Shown here: piece after piece, positions 28,368 to 36,661 of the stretch
How the letters are laid out: every line of letters begins with the position of its first letter
Position numbering within the stretch: position 1 is the first letter of the stretch
UHGV virus genome: UHGV-1368966
Length of the DNA stretch: 52,993 nt
Strand: one strand, 5' to 3'
Source: a virus
Program-made: the position numbers and the translations under genes
Notes under the pieces: generated by a model
What the model saw: the letters and a program-made list of their open reading frames with translations, nothing else
What the model was told of the DNA's origin: nothing
The model's database searches: none

Positions 28368-28823
28368 TTATGCTCCTTCCCCGCCCGTCCATGCAACCCA
28401 CGGGACGGTGACTAGCAGGGACATGCGGTTATCCGGCGTGATACCGGAGTTCGATATATACGGATCATCTGTCCAAAACATAGCGCCATTCGGAGAGGAG
28501 AGTTCAAGCATCCTGAAATTAGCTTCCAAATCTCCAGAGATAGCCCATGCTTGATCCATCTTTACCTTGTCACCCTTTGGCACGCTCAATGTGATCAGGT
28601 AATTTCCTCCCCTTCTGGAATGTCCAGCCCTTCCCCCCAATTCTGCACCAGAAACGATTTCAGGCTTGAAGGCTTGGAGGATAAGAATCTTTGCTGTGTC
28701 CGGATCTGCCTCCTGAACTTCTGGAACGATGATGATATGCGAGGAGAACGGCTTGACCGTCTCAACCATCACGGCACGAAGAGCGGCATTGATTTCCGAT
28801 AGTGAGGGGCAAATTTGCATCAT
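28368..28823 (-). CDS. Tail completion / connector protein.
   Basis: ATGA coupling to the upstream gene. 151 aa. Confidence 0.4.
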   Translation of the reverse strand: MMQICPSLSEINAALRAVMVETVKPFSSHIIIVPEVQEADPDTAKILILQAFKPEIVSGAELGGRAGHSRRGGNYLITLSVPKGDKVKMDQAWAISGDLEANFRMLELSSPNGAMFWTDDPYISNSGITPDNRMSLLVTVPWVAWTGGEGA

Positions 28824-29332
28824 CGCACCTGTGAGAGTTCGGTAGCAAGGTCTTGAAGGCGTCTTTTCACTCTCAGCAAAAAGCCGTCTATGAACCCTGC
28901 GGGCTGTTTCTTCGACCATCCAGCATTAAGGGCAAGGATATATTCAACATTGTTAAGAACTATGATGACATCAGCATCCATCAATGACACCATGTCCGGA
29001 ACTTGAGGCGTGTACGATACCTGTCCTAACGCGGGGACAAACTCAATTGCGCCTCTATCCCCTGTTATCAGCCATGCTGCCCTTGCCCTGCCAGTATCAA
29101 CTGGTGTTCCACCTTGAAGCTGTGCGAATTCTTCGAGCAGAATCCTCACAACTCCGCTGATTGCAGCGGATTCAGTTAACTCAGCCATCTCGGACAATGT
29201 GGCATCTATCTGCGCCGCTGTGGTGCACTGACGTTGATTCAACACTCGGATACGCTGCCTGAACTCGGACATAGTAAAACGTCCTGTTCTAGCCATATTG
29301 CGAACGCCGCCGTATTTGAACGCTTGTGCCAT
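28820..29332 (-). CDS. Head-tail connector protein (HK97 gp10-like).
   Basis: Contains ...DTGRARAAW.... 170 aa. Located in the connector block. Confidence 0.4.
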   Translation of the reverse strand: MAQAFKYGGVRNMARTGRFTMSEFRQRIRVLNQRQCTTAAQIDATLSEMAELTESAAISGVVRILLEEFAQLQGGTPVDTGRARAAWLITGDRGAIEFVPALGQVSYTPQVPDMVSLMDADVIIVLNNVEYILALNAGWSKKQPAGFIDGFLLRVKRRLQDLATELSQVR

Positions 29333-29715
29333 TACTTGTCCCGTGCCGTTCCGATGTCCTTGACCTGAAATTTGTACAGAATAGCCTGTTCAGCCGGAGC
29401 AACAGGTTTGATTGCCGTTATGTCCCACTTTTTTTCACTGAACATCAAGTAATCCGTAGTGTCTGGCTGTTTCTCAAATCCTTCACCAGACATGAGGACT
29501 ATCATGCTGCCAGCCGAGAAAATGCCTCCCTGTACCTCGTCAACTGTGGGCTGAGTCTTCAAGCCGTACATGGGAAATTGAATCTCTTTAGTAGGGTAAC
29601 TGTCCGTTATGGGGTCATATTCTTCGCTCTCATCGACCCGCACAAAGGTCATCGGCATACCCTTCTCTCGGATCTTCGCTGTGGCTTTGGCTATGGCTGC
29701 GCTGTAGTCTGCCAT
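29332..29715 (-). CDS. Head-tail joining protein.
   Basis: 127 aa, tiled in the connector block. Confidence 0.4.
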   Translation of the reverse strand: MADYSAAIAKATAKIREKGMPMTFVRVDESEEYDPITDSYPTKEIQFPMYGLKTQPTVDEVQGGIFSAGSMIVLMSGEGFEKQPDTTDYLMFSEKKWDITAIKPVAPAEQAILYKFQVKDIGTARDK

Positions 29716-29718
29716 AGG

Positions 29719-30102
29719 TCACACCCCGAAACGTAAGTTTTCCATGCGTCTGATAACGGCATGGTACGCCCGAGAAAGTTCTATTTCTCTGCTAGTTCTG
29801 CTCATATCCGCACGCAAAGCTAATGAATCAATATCTGCCAAAAGGAGATGAATGACCTCATGATAAGCAACACGCTCTAGTCCTTCTTGTGTAACTTCTT
29901 GATTTCCCCAATCAGAAGACAAGGCAATGATGCAACACTTGCTAATATCATGTGTTCTGCATTCAGCCATTGCATCAAATGGTTCATGAACAAAATAGAC
30001 CTTCCAATCTGTAAGACCAAATTCATTCACAAACTTTTTGCAATAACCACAAAATGTATCAAAATCTTCTTTTGTTGTTTGGATATTATTTGATTCATTC
30101 AT
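29719..30102 (-). CDS. HExxH-motif protein (ImmA/IrrE-like?), AT-rich moron.
   Basis: AGGAAG precedes ATG 30102. Motif AYHEVIHLLLAD. A markedly AT-rich island inside the structural module. Confidence 0.45.
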   Translation of the reverse strand: MNESNNIQTTKEDFDTFCGYCKKFVNEFGLTDWKVYFVHEPFDAMAECRTHDISKCCIIALSSDWGNQEVTQEGLERVAYHEVIHLLLADIDSLALRADMSRTSREIELSRAYHAVIRRMENLRFGV

Positions 30103-30322
30103 GCTTACTTCCTGAATTACAATATGTTTCAATGAGATAAAGAGGAAAACCTCTATCATCAAAAGGAGCTACAAGCATGTTATGAATCCATGTGCTTATC
30201 GTCATTAGGACATCATCCCACCAGTGCACACCGCAAAGAATAGTTTCATCTCCATGCTCTCCGTACCAGCATGTAGCAAGGTGCATTCTTACTTTAGCCT
30301 TAGCCCATTCAGGACGCTTCAT
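30095..30322 (-). CDS. Hypothetical small protein in the same AT-rich island.
   Basis: 75 aa. Overlaps the next start by 8 nt. Confidence 0.35.
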   Translation of the reverse strand: MKRPEWAKAKVRMHLATCWYGEHGDETILCGVHWWDDVLMTISTWIHNMLVAPFDDRGFPLYLIETYCNSGSKHE

Positions 30323-30894
30323 TATCCCCTCCTTACTCCGAACACACGCAACCCGGTGGGTTTACCGGGAACAACCGTCAGGAACGGCTCAACGCCCCGC
30401 AGTTGGGGATAATACGTCTCAGACGGGGCACCGGATGCGTATGTGTAGCTGTCGCTGGTAGAATCACCTTCTATGACATCAACGCCGCCTACGGTCTTGC
30501 TATGGCTCTCAGACGTGACCATACCGCCCCGTTCGACGGTGGCGAGGGGATCGGTTCCGCCAAAGATGAGCGCCGCCATTTCCATGCAGGACACGGCAAC
30601 CGCTGAGGGTACGATGTTCCCCGGAACGGTGCCCTTGCCGCGAGGGATGGGGACATCTTCGCGGGGCCATGCCATCGTGCGTTGCCAGTCTTCGACGTAC
30701 CCGACCCACGAGAGAGTGTTGAGGTAGTCAGTAGCCCGCATGAGCGCAGATTCCTTGCGCGTAACCATCGCTGCATCATCCTGCGGCGTCTCAGGCCACA
30801 GGGAGCGCGGCACAAGGTAGGCGTCAGCATCGGCAACGCTGGCATAGCTGTTTGCCCCTGCGGGCATGGTTCCGTCTTCGACAATGAGGGGCAT
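30322..30894 (-). CDS. Structural protein (head completion?).
   Basis: 190 aa, tiled after the capsid gene. Confidence 0.4.
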   Translation of the reverse strand: MPLIVEDGTMPAGANSYASVADADAYLVPRSLWPETPQDDAAMVTRKESALMRATDYLNTLSWVGYVEDWQRTMAWPREDVPIPRGKGTVPGNIVPSAVAVSCMEMAALIFGGTDPLATVERGGMVTSESHSKTVGGVDVIEGDSTSDSYTYASGAPSETYYPQLRGVEPFLTVVPGKPTGLRVFGVRRG

Positions 30895-30896
30895 AG

Positions 30897-31124
30897 CTAC
30901 TTTTTACTCCACGGCGCAGAGGCAAATCTTTCGGCATACAGTGAGCATTGAATCTCGGCCGGCCCACCGCCCCTAACCCTCAAAATGAAATCGGAGTCAC
31001 ACAGAAAGGGAATGCTTTCCCCGTTGATGAGAAGCTTCTTTACGGGTTGCGGGATTCCGCTTTTGGATTGGCCTACGTATATCTCCACCACTCCGGGCTC
31101 GACTGCATGTTGTCCATTTTCCAT
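30897..31124 (-). CDS. Small structural protein.
   Basis: 75 aa, tiled. Confidence 0.35.
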   Translation of the reverse strand: MENGQHAVEPGVVEIYVGQSKSGIPQPVKKLLINGESIPFLCDSDFILRVRGGGPAEIQCSLYAERFASAPWSKK

Positions 31125-31206
31125 TTTATCCCTCTCTTCCGTCCTTGATTCCGGGCAGGGTGTGGGAGGTAGGCACCCCGCCCGTGGTCAAGGCCAGAAC
31201 TCAGGT

Positions 31207-31506
31207 TTACATGCTGCTTGAGGTGTGTTCTTTCGCCTTGAGCAATTCGGCAATTTCAGCCTTGGTCGTCGCCGTCGCCGGGATGGGAATGCCATGTTCC
31301 TTGGCGTATTCCCGCATCTCGGCAACGGTCATACCGTCGATGGAATTTCCAGCAGAGTTTTCAGGAGCGGTCATTTCGTGTTCTCCTGAGAGATACCATC
31401 CCGCTCGGCGCATCATGGGAACTCCCTCTTCCGGGACTTCTGCCGTTGTAGGGCCTCCCGTCATCTCGGGGTCATCATGGTACATCTTGATCATTCCCAT
31501 ATTCAC
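31207..31506 (-). CDS. Small head protein with a Rho_N/HeH-like motif.
   Basis: Contains MTVAEMREYAKEHGI...KAEIAELL. Immediately downstream of the capsid gene. Confidence 0.4.
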   Translation of the reverse strand: MNMGMIKMYHDDPEMTGGPTTAEVPEEGVPMMRRAGWYLSGEHEMTAPENSAGNSIDGMTVAEMREYAKEHGIPIPATATTKAEIAELLKAKEHTSSSM

Positions 31507-31509
31507 CCC

Positions 31510-32652
31510 TTAGCCAAGCAAAATGGCCGTATGTTCAGGCTTAATCAGCTTCACGCCCCAAGCGAGGCCGACTTCATAGCGAACCTGACGATATTCTCGA
31601 TACAGGGCGACCTGGAAGGAAATGCCGCTCACGGGGTCGGTCACGATGGTCACGTCTTCTGCGCTGTCGCCACCCTGCGGCATTGCCGGGGTCCGGGCGA
31701 TAAGCTGAATGGCATTGCGGTCGAAAGCCATGTTTGCGATATAGGAACCACTCACGGAGATGGGGGCATCGTCGGCAACCGCAGTCATAAGGCCCGGGGC
31801 CGCAATGGAGAACGGGGTGGAACTCGCCGCTTTCGGGACGACATACTTGTATCCGCTGGAATCGAATGCAACGATATCGCCAGCGGAAAGGGCCGTGCCG
31901 GAAGCCCCATCGAAGGCGATGGTCTTTGCCCCTTTTGCGTACCCACCGGAGTTGTTCACCAGAGCGTCGCCAGTAAACTTACCTGCCGTGTGCATTTTGA
32001 TATGACCGCTTTCACGGATGGAGAAGCCGGAAAGCTGGAGCAAGACGCCCCTGCGCAAGGTTTCGTCCGTATTCGCCTCATTCGCTTTGGTAAGCTGCCC
32101 GAGTGAACGCAGGTTTGCCCCCGCTGTCGTATCGATCACGAGCTGAAGATCCGTAATCGGCGCGCCATTGTCGGCAAGGATTTTACGCATCTGCGCAACA
32201 TCGGAGATGTTCGAGGCAAAGGGGGTAGTCCCCGGAGTGCCGTAGGCGCGGGACGCTTCCTTGTACAGGGCGGCGATATCGGCATCCACCTCATTCGCAA
32301 GCGCGCGCATGGCTTGCGCAAATTGCTGGGTCAGCACGGAAGTATACGTCCCGGCGTTATTCATCCCAAGCTGTTCTTCGCCATTCCAACGCACGGGGGC
32401 GTATTTCGACTTGCTGATGGTCATGCTGACATTGGAAATATCCTGATCCCCATTGTTATCAGGTTTCTGACCAGCGACGATATCATGGGTTGTAGCCGAA
32501 GGCGTAACCGGGATGGTGATCTGTTCATCTTTTGCGGCCCCGGTAGGAGCGGCATTCACAGCCACAGCAGGGACAAACCCCACCATTTCGCGGGAAACGA
32601 TGTCCAGCGCGGCGTACAGTGTAGGCATCAGATCGGTAAGCGTATTCGCCAT
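31510..32652 (-). CDS. Major capsid protein.
   Basis: 380 aa. Follows the scaffold gene and is the largest head ORF. P22-coat-like composition. Confidence 0.6.
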   Translation of the reverse strand: MANTLTDLMPTLYAALDIVSREMVGFVPAVAVNAAPTGAAKDEQITIPVTPSATTHDIVAGQKPDNNGDQDISNVSMTISKSKYAPVRWNGEEQLGMNNAGTYTSVLTQQFAQAMRALANEVDADIAALYKEASRAYGTPGTTPFASNISDVAQMRKILADNGAPITDLQLVIDTTAGANLRSLGQLTKANEANTDETLRRGVLLQLSGFSIRESGHIKMHTAGKFTGDALVNNSGGYAKGAKTIAFDGASGTALSAGDIVAFDSSGYKYVVPKAASSTPFSIAAPGLMTAVADDAPISVSGSYIANMAFDRNAIQLIARTPAMPQGGDSAEDVTIVTDPVSGISFQVALYREYRQVRYEVGLAWGVKLIKPEHTAILLG

Positions 32653-32664
32653 GTTTGTTTCCTT

Positions 32665-33426
32665 TTAGTCGGTCAGCGTGTAGCCTTCCCTCATCCGCGC
32701 CGTTCGAGACGCGGGGTCAAGTTTTTCAAAATCGGCACGGCGCATATGTTTTGCGCTGGATTGCACCCGCCCGGGGGTTGGATTCGCACCTCCACCGCTG
32801 GCCTCACTGCCCTTGAGCAGAACGCCCTTGTACGGGGAAAATTCGACCATCTGACGCAACGCTTCATCAAACGTGGCAATCCCGCTTTCCCCGCACATCT
32901 CTGCGCCGTTTTCATCAAGCCCCATGACGCGGCCTTCCTTGCGGACAAAACGCTTAGAAAACAGATCAGCGGCAAGGGCAGGATCGACGAGGTTCTTGCG
33001 GGCGTATTCGCTGCGGGCAAAGGCGTTGCCGATAGCTTCCTTTTGGAGCTCAGCTTCGAGCGTGTCTCTTTGCTTGGCGATATCGGCGAGCTTGGCGTTA
33101 AGCGGGTCGGTAGCACCCTTTACCCGAGCCGTAATGCGCTCTTCGATTTCCTTGTCCTTATCCGGAGCGTTTTTCATCATCTCAAGGGCTTTGGTGGCCT
33201 CAGCGTGCCAAGCGTCAAGATCTTCGATATCGGCAAGTTTGGCGTATTTGGACTCCAAGGCCCGAAGCTTGTTCTTCCGGTCGACGCTTTCACGGGTCGT
33301 ATCCGTAAGGCTTTTGGACATGGCCAGATAGTCGACGCCCTTCTTTTCCCCGGCGTCATTGCCCCAAATGGGATTGCCGTTGTCATCGATAGCGATGTTG
33401 CCGCTTTCGTCTTTTTCCCAAGCCAT
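32665..33426 (-). CDS. Scaffolding protein.
   Basis: AAGGAG lies 7 nt before ATG 33426. Highly charged coiled-coil, located between the Mu-F-like and capsid genes. Confidence 0.5.
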   Translation of the reverse strand: MAWEKDESGNIAIDDNGNPIWGNDAGEKKGVDYLAMSKSLTDTTRESVDRKNKLRALESKYAKLADIEDLDAWHAEATKALEMMKNAPDKDKEIEERITARVKGATDPLNAKLADIAKQRDTLEAELQKEAIGNAFARSEYARKNLVDPALAADLFSKRFVRKEGRVMGLDENGAEMCGESGIATFDEALRQMVEFSPYKGVLLKGSEASGGGANPTPGRVQSSAKHMRRADFEKLDPASRTARMREGYTLTD

Positions 33427-33581
33427 CAGGCTACTCCTTTCCGCAACTGCGGATATTCTTGTTCGCATATGCAAGTATCTTATGCCTATGCGTGCATAGC
33501 TGGATCTGATTCAAGTTCAGTGCTATGATACTATGCAAATCACAAATTGATAGTACATGTTACATAGTTTCTGGAAACTTT

Positions 33582-33911
33582 ATGAACAGAAAATCCAAAA
33601 GAATCGTCATATGCGTTTTCATCATTGCATTTTCCCTGTGCTCGATTGCCGGGTACAGGATATACAAGGTCGTACACATCAAGCGTGACCCCAAGATGGT
33701 TCGGTTGTTCCTGCGCAATAATGGGCTTTCAGGAGTACCGAGAGGCTATCAAGTAGATCACATCATTCCGCTATGTGCAGGAGGTGACGACTCACCGGAC
33801 AACATGCAGCTATTGAGCGTGAAAGAGCACAAAAAAAAGACACGTGGCGATGTGCGCACGTGTCGGGATATGTGGGAAAGGAAGGTATGGAGGTGGTTGC
33901 AGGGTAAATAG
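33582..33911 (+). CDS. HNH endonuclease with an N-terminal hydrophobic segment.
   Basis: GYQVDHIIPLCAGGDDSPDNMQLL...EHKKKT is an HNH motif. N-terminal IVICVFIIAFSLCSIAG. Confidence 0.6.
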   Translation: MNRKSKRIVICVFIIAFSLCSIAGYRIYKVVHIKRDPKMVRLFLRNNGLSGVPRGYQVDHIIPLCAGGDDSPDNMQLLSVKEHKKKTRGDVRTCRDMWERKVWRWLQGK

Positions 33912-34184
33912 TTATTGACTTTTACCGCTTTTTATGGCGTTGTCTCCTCACGGTGCTTCAAAACACCTTCGCTGGCGGCAGCCAACCCCGAAACGTGGCC
34001 TTTTTTGTGCCCTGTCAAGACTTGTATCCTCTTGGCGATGGTATGTCCTACGGACATTGACTCCGGGTGTGGGCTAATACAATACCGACTTGTCGGGAAT
34101 ATGCCCGCTGTCCAGCGACAGTTTTGAGCACCCGGAGTTTTGCTATTTGGCTGCTCCAATCAAAGAACTCGCTGGAGGCTCACC

Positions 34185-34913
34185 ATGAGTCGCAATCAAT
34201 CCCCTTCCCTGTCCGATTCTTTCCTTTTCCAAGAACACCCTGTAAGAGCACAGCTTGACGGAGATCAACTTTGGTTCATTGCCAAGGATGTATGTGAAGC
34301 CCTTGGGATTCTGTGGACTGGAGCCACTATTAAGGGCTTCCCCGAACGCTGGCAAAGGATGTTACGGTTTAACACCCATCGACGTGGAAACCAATCATTC
34401 AAGTGTATTAACGAACCCGCCGTTTATAAGCTGGCGTTTCGTTCAAACAAGCCACGGGCCGAAGCGTTCACGAACTGGATCGCGTCGGAAGTAGTCCCGG
34501 CAATCCGCAAGACGGGCAAGTATGAAGTGCCCAATCCACGCCTCATCAAGAAGTCTGAACAGCTTCCCCTGCGTCCTGCCGCGTTCCCGGCACCGATAGA
34601 CGAAAAGCCCTTCTTGGACTTCATCGAAGAGATTCAGGCGGCGCACGAAGAGGTAGACCGCATCCTTTCGCGCCTGCATCACAGCGTGTTCACCTTAAGT
34701 TGGAAGGTAGCCGAAGCTCTCGAACAGCGGGCGGATATCCGGCTGTACCTTATCCCGGATATGCTGTCTGAGAACACCTTGCGCGGCTACCTGCACCAGA
34801 GCGTTTATCATGACGTCAGGAAGGCACTCACCGCGCCGGGACGACAGCTTGAGCAGTACAGCAATCCCGGATACTCGTTGCTCGGCATCGTCAGGCAGTT
34901 GAATGCTAGGTGA
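34185..34913 (+). CDS. Bro-N domain antirepressor-like protein, paralog of 21011..21982.
   Basis: GGAGG precedes ATG 34185. FIAKDVCEALG is Bro-N-like. The C-terminal module is shared with the other Bro gene. Confidence 0.6.
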   Translation: MSRNQSPSLSDSFLFQEHPVRAQLDGDQLWFIAKDVCEALGILWTGATIKGFPERWQRMLRFNTHRRGNQSFKCINEPAVYKLAFRSNKPRAEAFTNWIASEVVPAIRKTGKYEVPNPRLIKKSEQLPLRPAAFPAPIDEKPFLDFIEEIQAAHEEVDRILSRLHHSVFTLSWKVAEALEQRADIRLYLIPDMLSENTLRGYLHQSVYHDVRKALTAPGRQLEQYSNPGYSLLGIVRQLNAR

Positions 34914-35074
34914 CTTGACCGCAGCCCAATGAATGGCTATTGAAAAAGGAAGGGCGGCGAGTGCGACCAACACCCACCGCCCTTTGGGGCCAGTCCCCGG
35001 AGTTTCTAACGAATTGCTCCAGTTTTTAGCCCCGGCAGGGAGGTCAGTCCCTACCGGGGCAACTCGTTTTCAGC

Positions 35075-35158
35075 CTACCTTTTCAGATAGGGGGCAACGA
35101 GAACCACGATGACGCCCGCCAATACATTGGCGAGGACGTCCAGCAGGAACTGCTCCAT
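35075..35158 (-). CDS. 27-aa hydrophobic peptide, type I toxin-like or membrane peptide.
   Basis: MEQFLLDVLANVLAGVIVVLVAPYLKR. AAGGAGGT lies 8 nt before the ATG. Promoter TTGACA-17-TAGAAA sits upstream. Below the 60-aa cutoff of the ORF track. Confidence 0.4.
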   Translation of the reverse strand: MEQFLLDVLANVLAGVIVVLVAPYLKR

Positions 35159-35195
35159 AGGCGCAACCTCCTTTCGGAGACTGGCCCACGGCGGT

Positions 35196-35224
35196 TTTCT
35201 ATCCGTTCCTCATTTCTGTGTCAA
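35196..35224 (-). promoter_or_regulatory. Sigma70-like promoter for the 27-aa peptide gene.
   Basis: On the minus strand: TTGACA (35224..35219), a 17-nt spacer, then TAGAAA (35201..35196). Confidence 0.45.
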
Positions 35225-35303
35225 AGTTAAAGTAAAATGTCCTGATTCACGACAAAAAGGCACGGTGTCACCCGTGCCCGCGCCCCTGTATCAGAGAATT
35301 TTC

Positions 35304-35332
35304 TTGCATTCTTCAGCGCCCATACATATACT
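35304..35332 (+). promoter_or_regulatory. Sigma70-like promoter of an ORF-free plus-strand transcript.
   Basis: TTGCAT, a 17-nt spacer, then TATACT. Confidence 0.45.
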
Positions 35333-35507
35333 CAAATGCAGGGAAAGGGAGTGCACTAACATTCCTCTTCCCCGGCGGAGATGTTTTGATTAAACCATTC
35401 TTCTGCTGTTTCCCCATTTTTATCCCGGTTGCACTAACCCCGCTACCGGGATATTTTTGTCCTTCAAAACCTTCTCTCGCTGGCTTGAGGATTAGCTCAA
35501 CGAATTT

Positions 35508-35551
35508 GACCCCGACAGGCATACCCCGCCCGTCGGGGTCGCCTTTTTTTC
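35508..35551 (+). terminator. Plus-strand intrinsic terminator.
   Basis: gaccccgac...gtcggggtc followed by gccttttttt. The A-run sits on the other side, so it is plus-specific. Confidence 0.6.
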
Positions 35552-36661
35552 TTACTCTATCGCCTCACCTTCCCGCGTGAACCCAAGGTCTTTGAGCGTC
35601 CTGTATCGGCCAGTTCGCTTATCGGCTAGCTCATCCCACGAGATGGAACCATTCCGCAACAGCGCGGCCCTCGTCGGCCCCAATATCGCGTCTTGCTTGG
35701 CTGGCGGCAACGTCTTCCACCAGCCCCCGAAGAACTCCCTCGTCGTGCCCGCATTCAGAATCTTTCGCCCACCAGTACCGATACTTCCCGGCTCACGCTC
35801 AACCCACGGGCGTATGACGCGCTGCACTTCGTCATCGGGAACGCCCCAATCACGGGGATTGTTAGTGATCCACTGCTTGACGCATCGACAGCGAAAATGT
35901 CTGGGCATGGGCGGGGACGCTTCACCCATTTTGTAAAAATTGCCGTCTAAACTCGCGCACAAAAAACACGTCCTCGTATCGAGCGTTGCCGCCCAGCGCC
36001 ACCCGCGCAAAAGCTCCTTGTTCGCTTCCATGACCGCATCCATCGCGCCCACATTCGCGGCTTGGATATAGGAACGGGTCAGGGTGACGGCCTCGCGCTC
36101 AGTGATGGTAAAACCTTCATCCAGCGCGGACTGAATGACGCTTCTCACAGCCTCTCGCGTCCCCTTCCCCTCAAGCCCGGCCTTGCGTAGCGCATCAAGA
36201 ACGGATTGCTTCACCCCTGCGCTCATCGCGTTCTGTACCCGAGTCGTGAGCTTCATGCCCTCAAAGATGTCGGTATCCCTGAACCACGTCACAAGCTGTT
36301 CACGGGTAAAGCCCACGGTCTGCACAACCGAAGATGCCCCGTTGAGGCTCATCATGGCGTTGTACTCTGTGAGGCTCGACATAGCGGCAATGACGGCGGC
36401 CTCTGTGATGAACGAAGAGGTCGTCAGTGCAGCACCGCCCAACACCTCGGAAAGCCATTCATCAAGCTGTTCTATCCGGACTCTACGAAAATCCGTGAGG
36501 GAATCGGCGTTATCGAAAAGCTCACCGCGTATCTCTCGCTGTAACTTCTTCATGAGCTTCATGATTTCGGCTACTGTCTCGGCGTCGAAATCATCAAGCA
36601 TATCGCGCCACGCAAGAGCACGGGTCAGGAAATAGCGCTCGAACTCTTCGCGGGCAGTCAC
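35552..36661 (-). CDS. Head morphogenesis protein (Mu F / SPP1 gp7-like).
   Basis: Contains CFLCASLDGNFYKMGEASPPMPRHFRCRC. Located just after the portal gene. Confidence 0.6.
   Translation of the reverse strand: MTAREEFERYFLTRALAWRDMLDDFDAETVAEIMKLMKKLQREIRGELFDNADSLTDFRRVRIEQLDEWLSEVLGGAALTTSSFITEAAVIAAMSSLTEYNAMMSLNGASSVVQTVGFTREQLVTWFRDTDIFEGMKLTTRVQNAMSAGVKQSVLDALRKAGLEGKGTREAVRSVIQSALDEGFTITEREAVTLTRSYIQAANVGAMDAVMEANKELLRGWRWAATLDTRTCFLCASLDGNFYKMGEASPPMPRHFRCRCVKQWITNNPRDWGVPDDEVQRVIRPWVEREPGSIGTGGRKILNAGTTREFFGGWWKTLPPAKQDAILGPTRAALLRNGSISWDELADKRTGRYRTLKDLGFTREGEAIE

Noticed and set aside
35386-35580. A 64-aa plus-strand ORF in the 35.3 to 35.55-kb gap.
   Set aside because: It reads straight through the intrinsic terminator at 35508..35551 and has no RBS. 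The region is better explained as non-coding.
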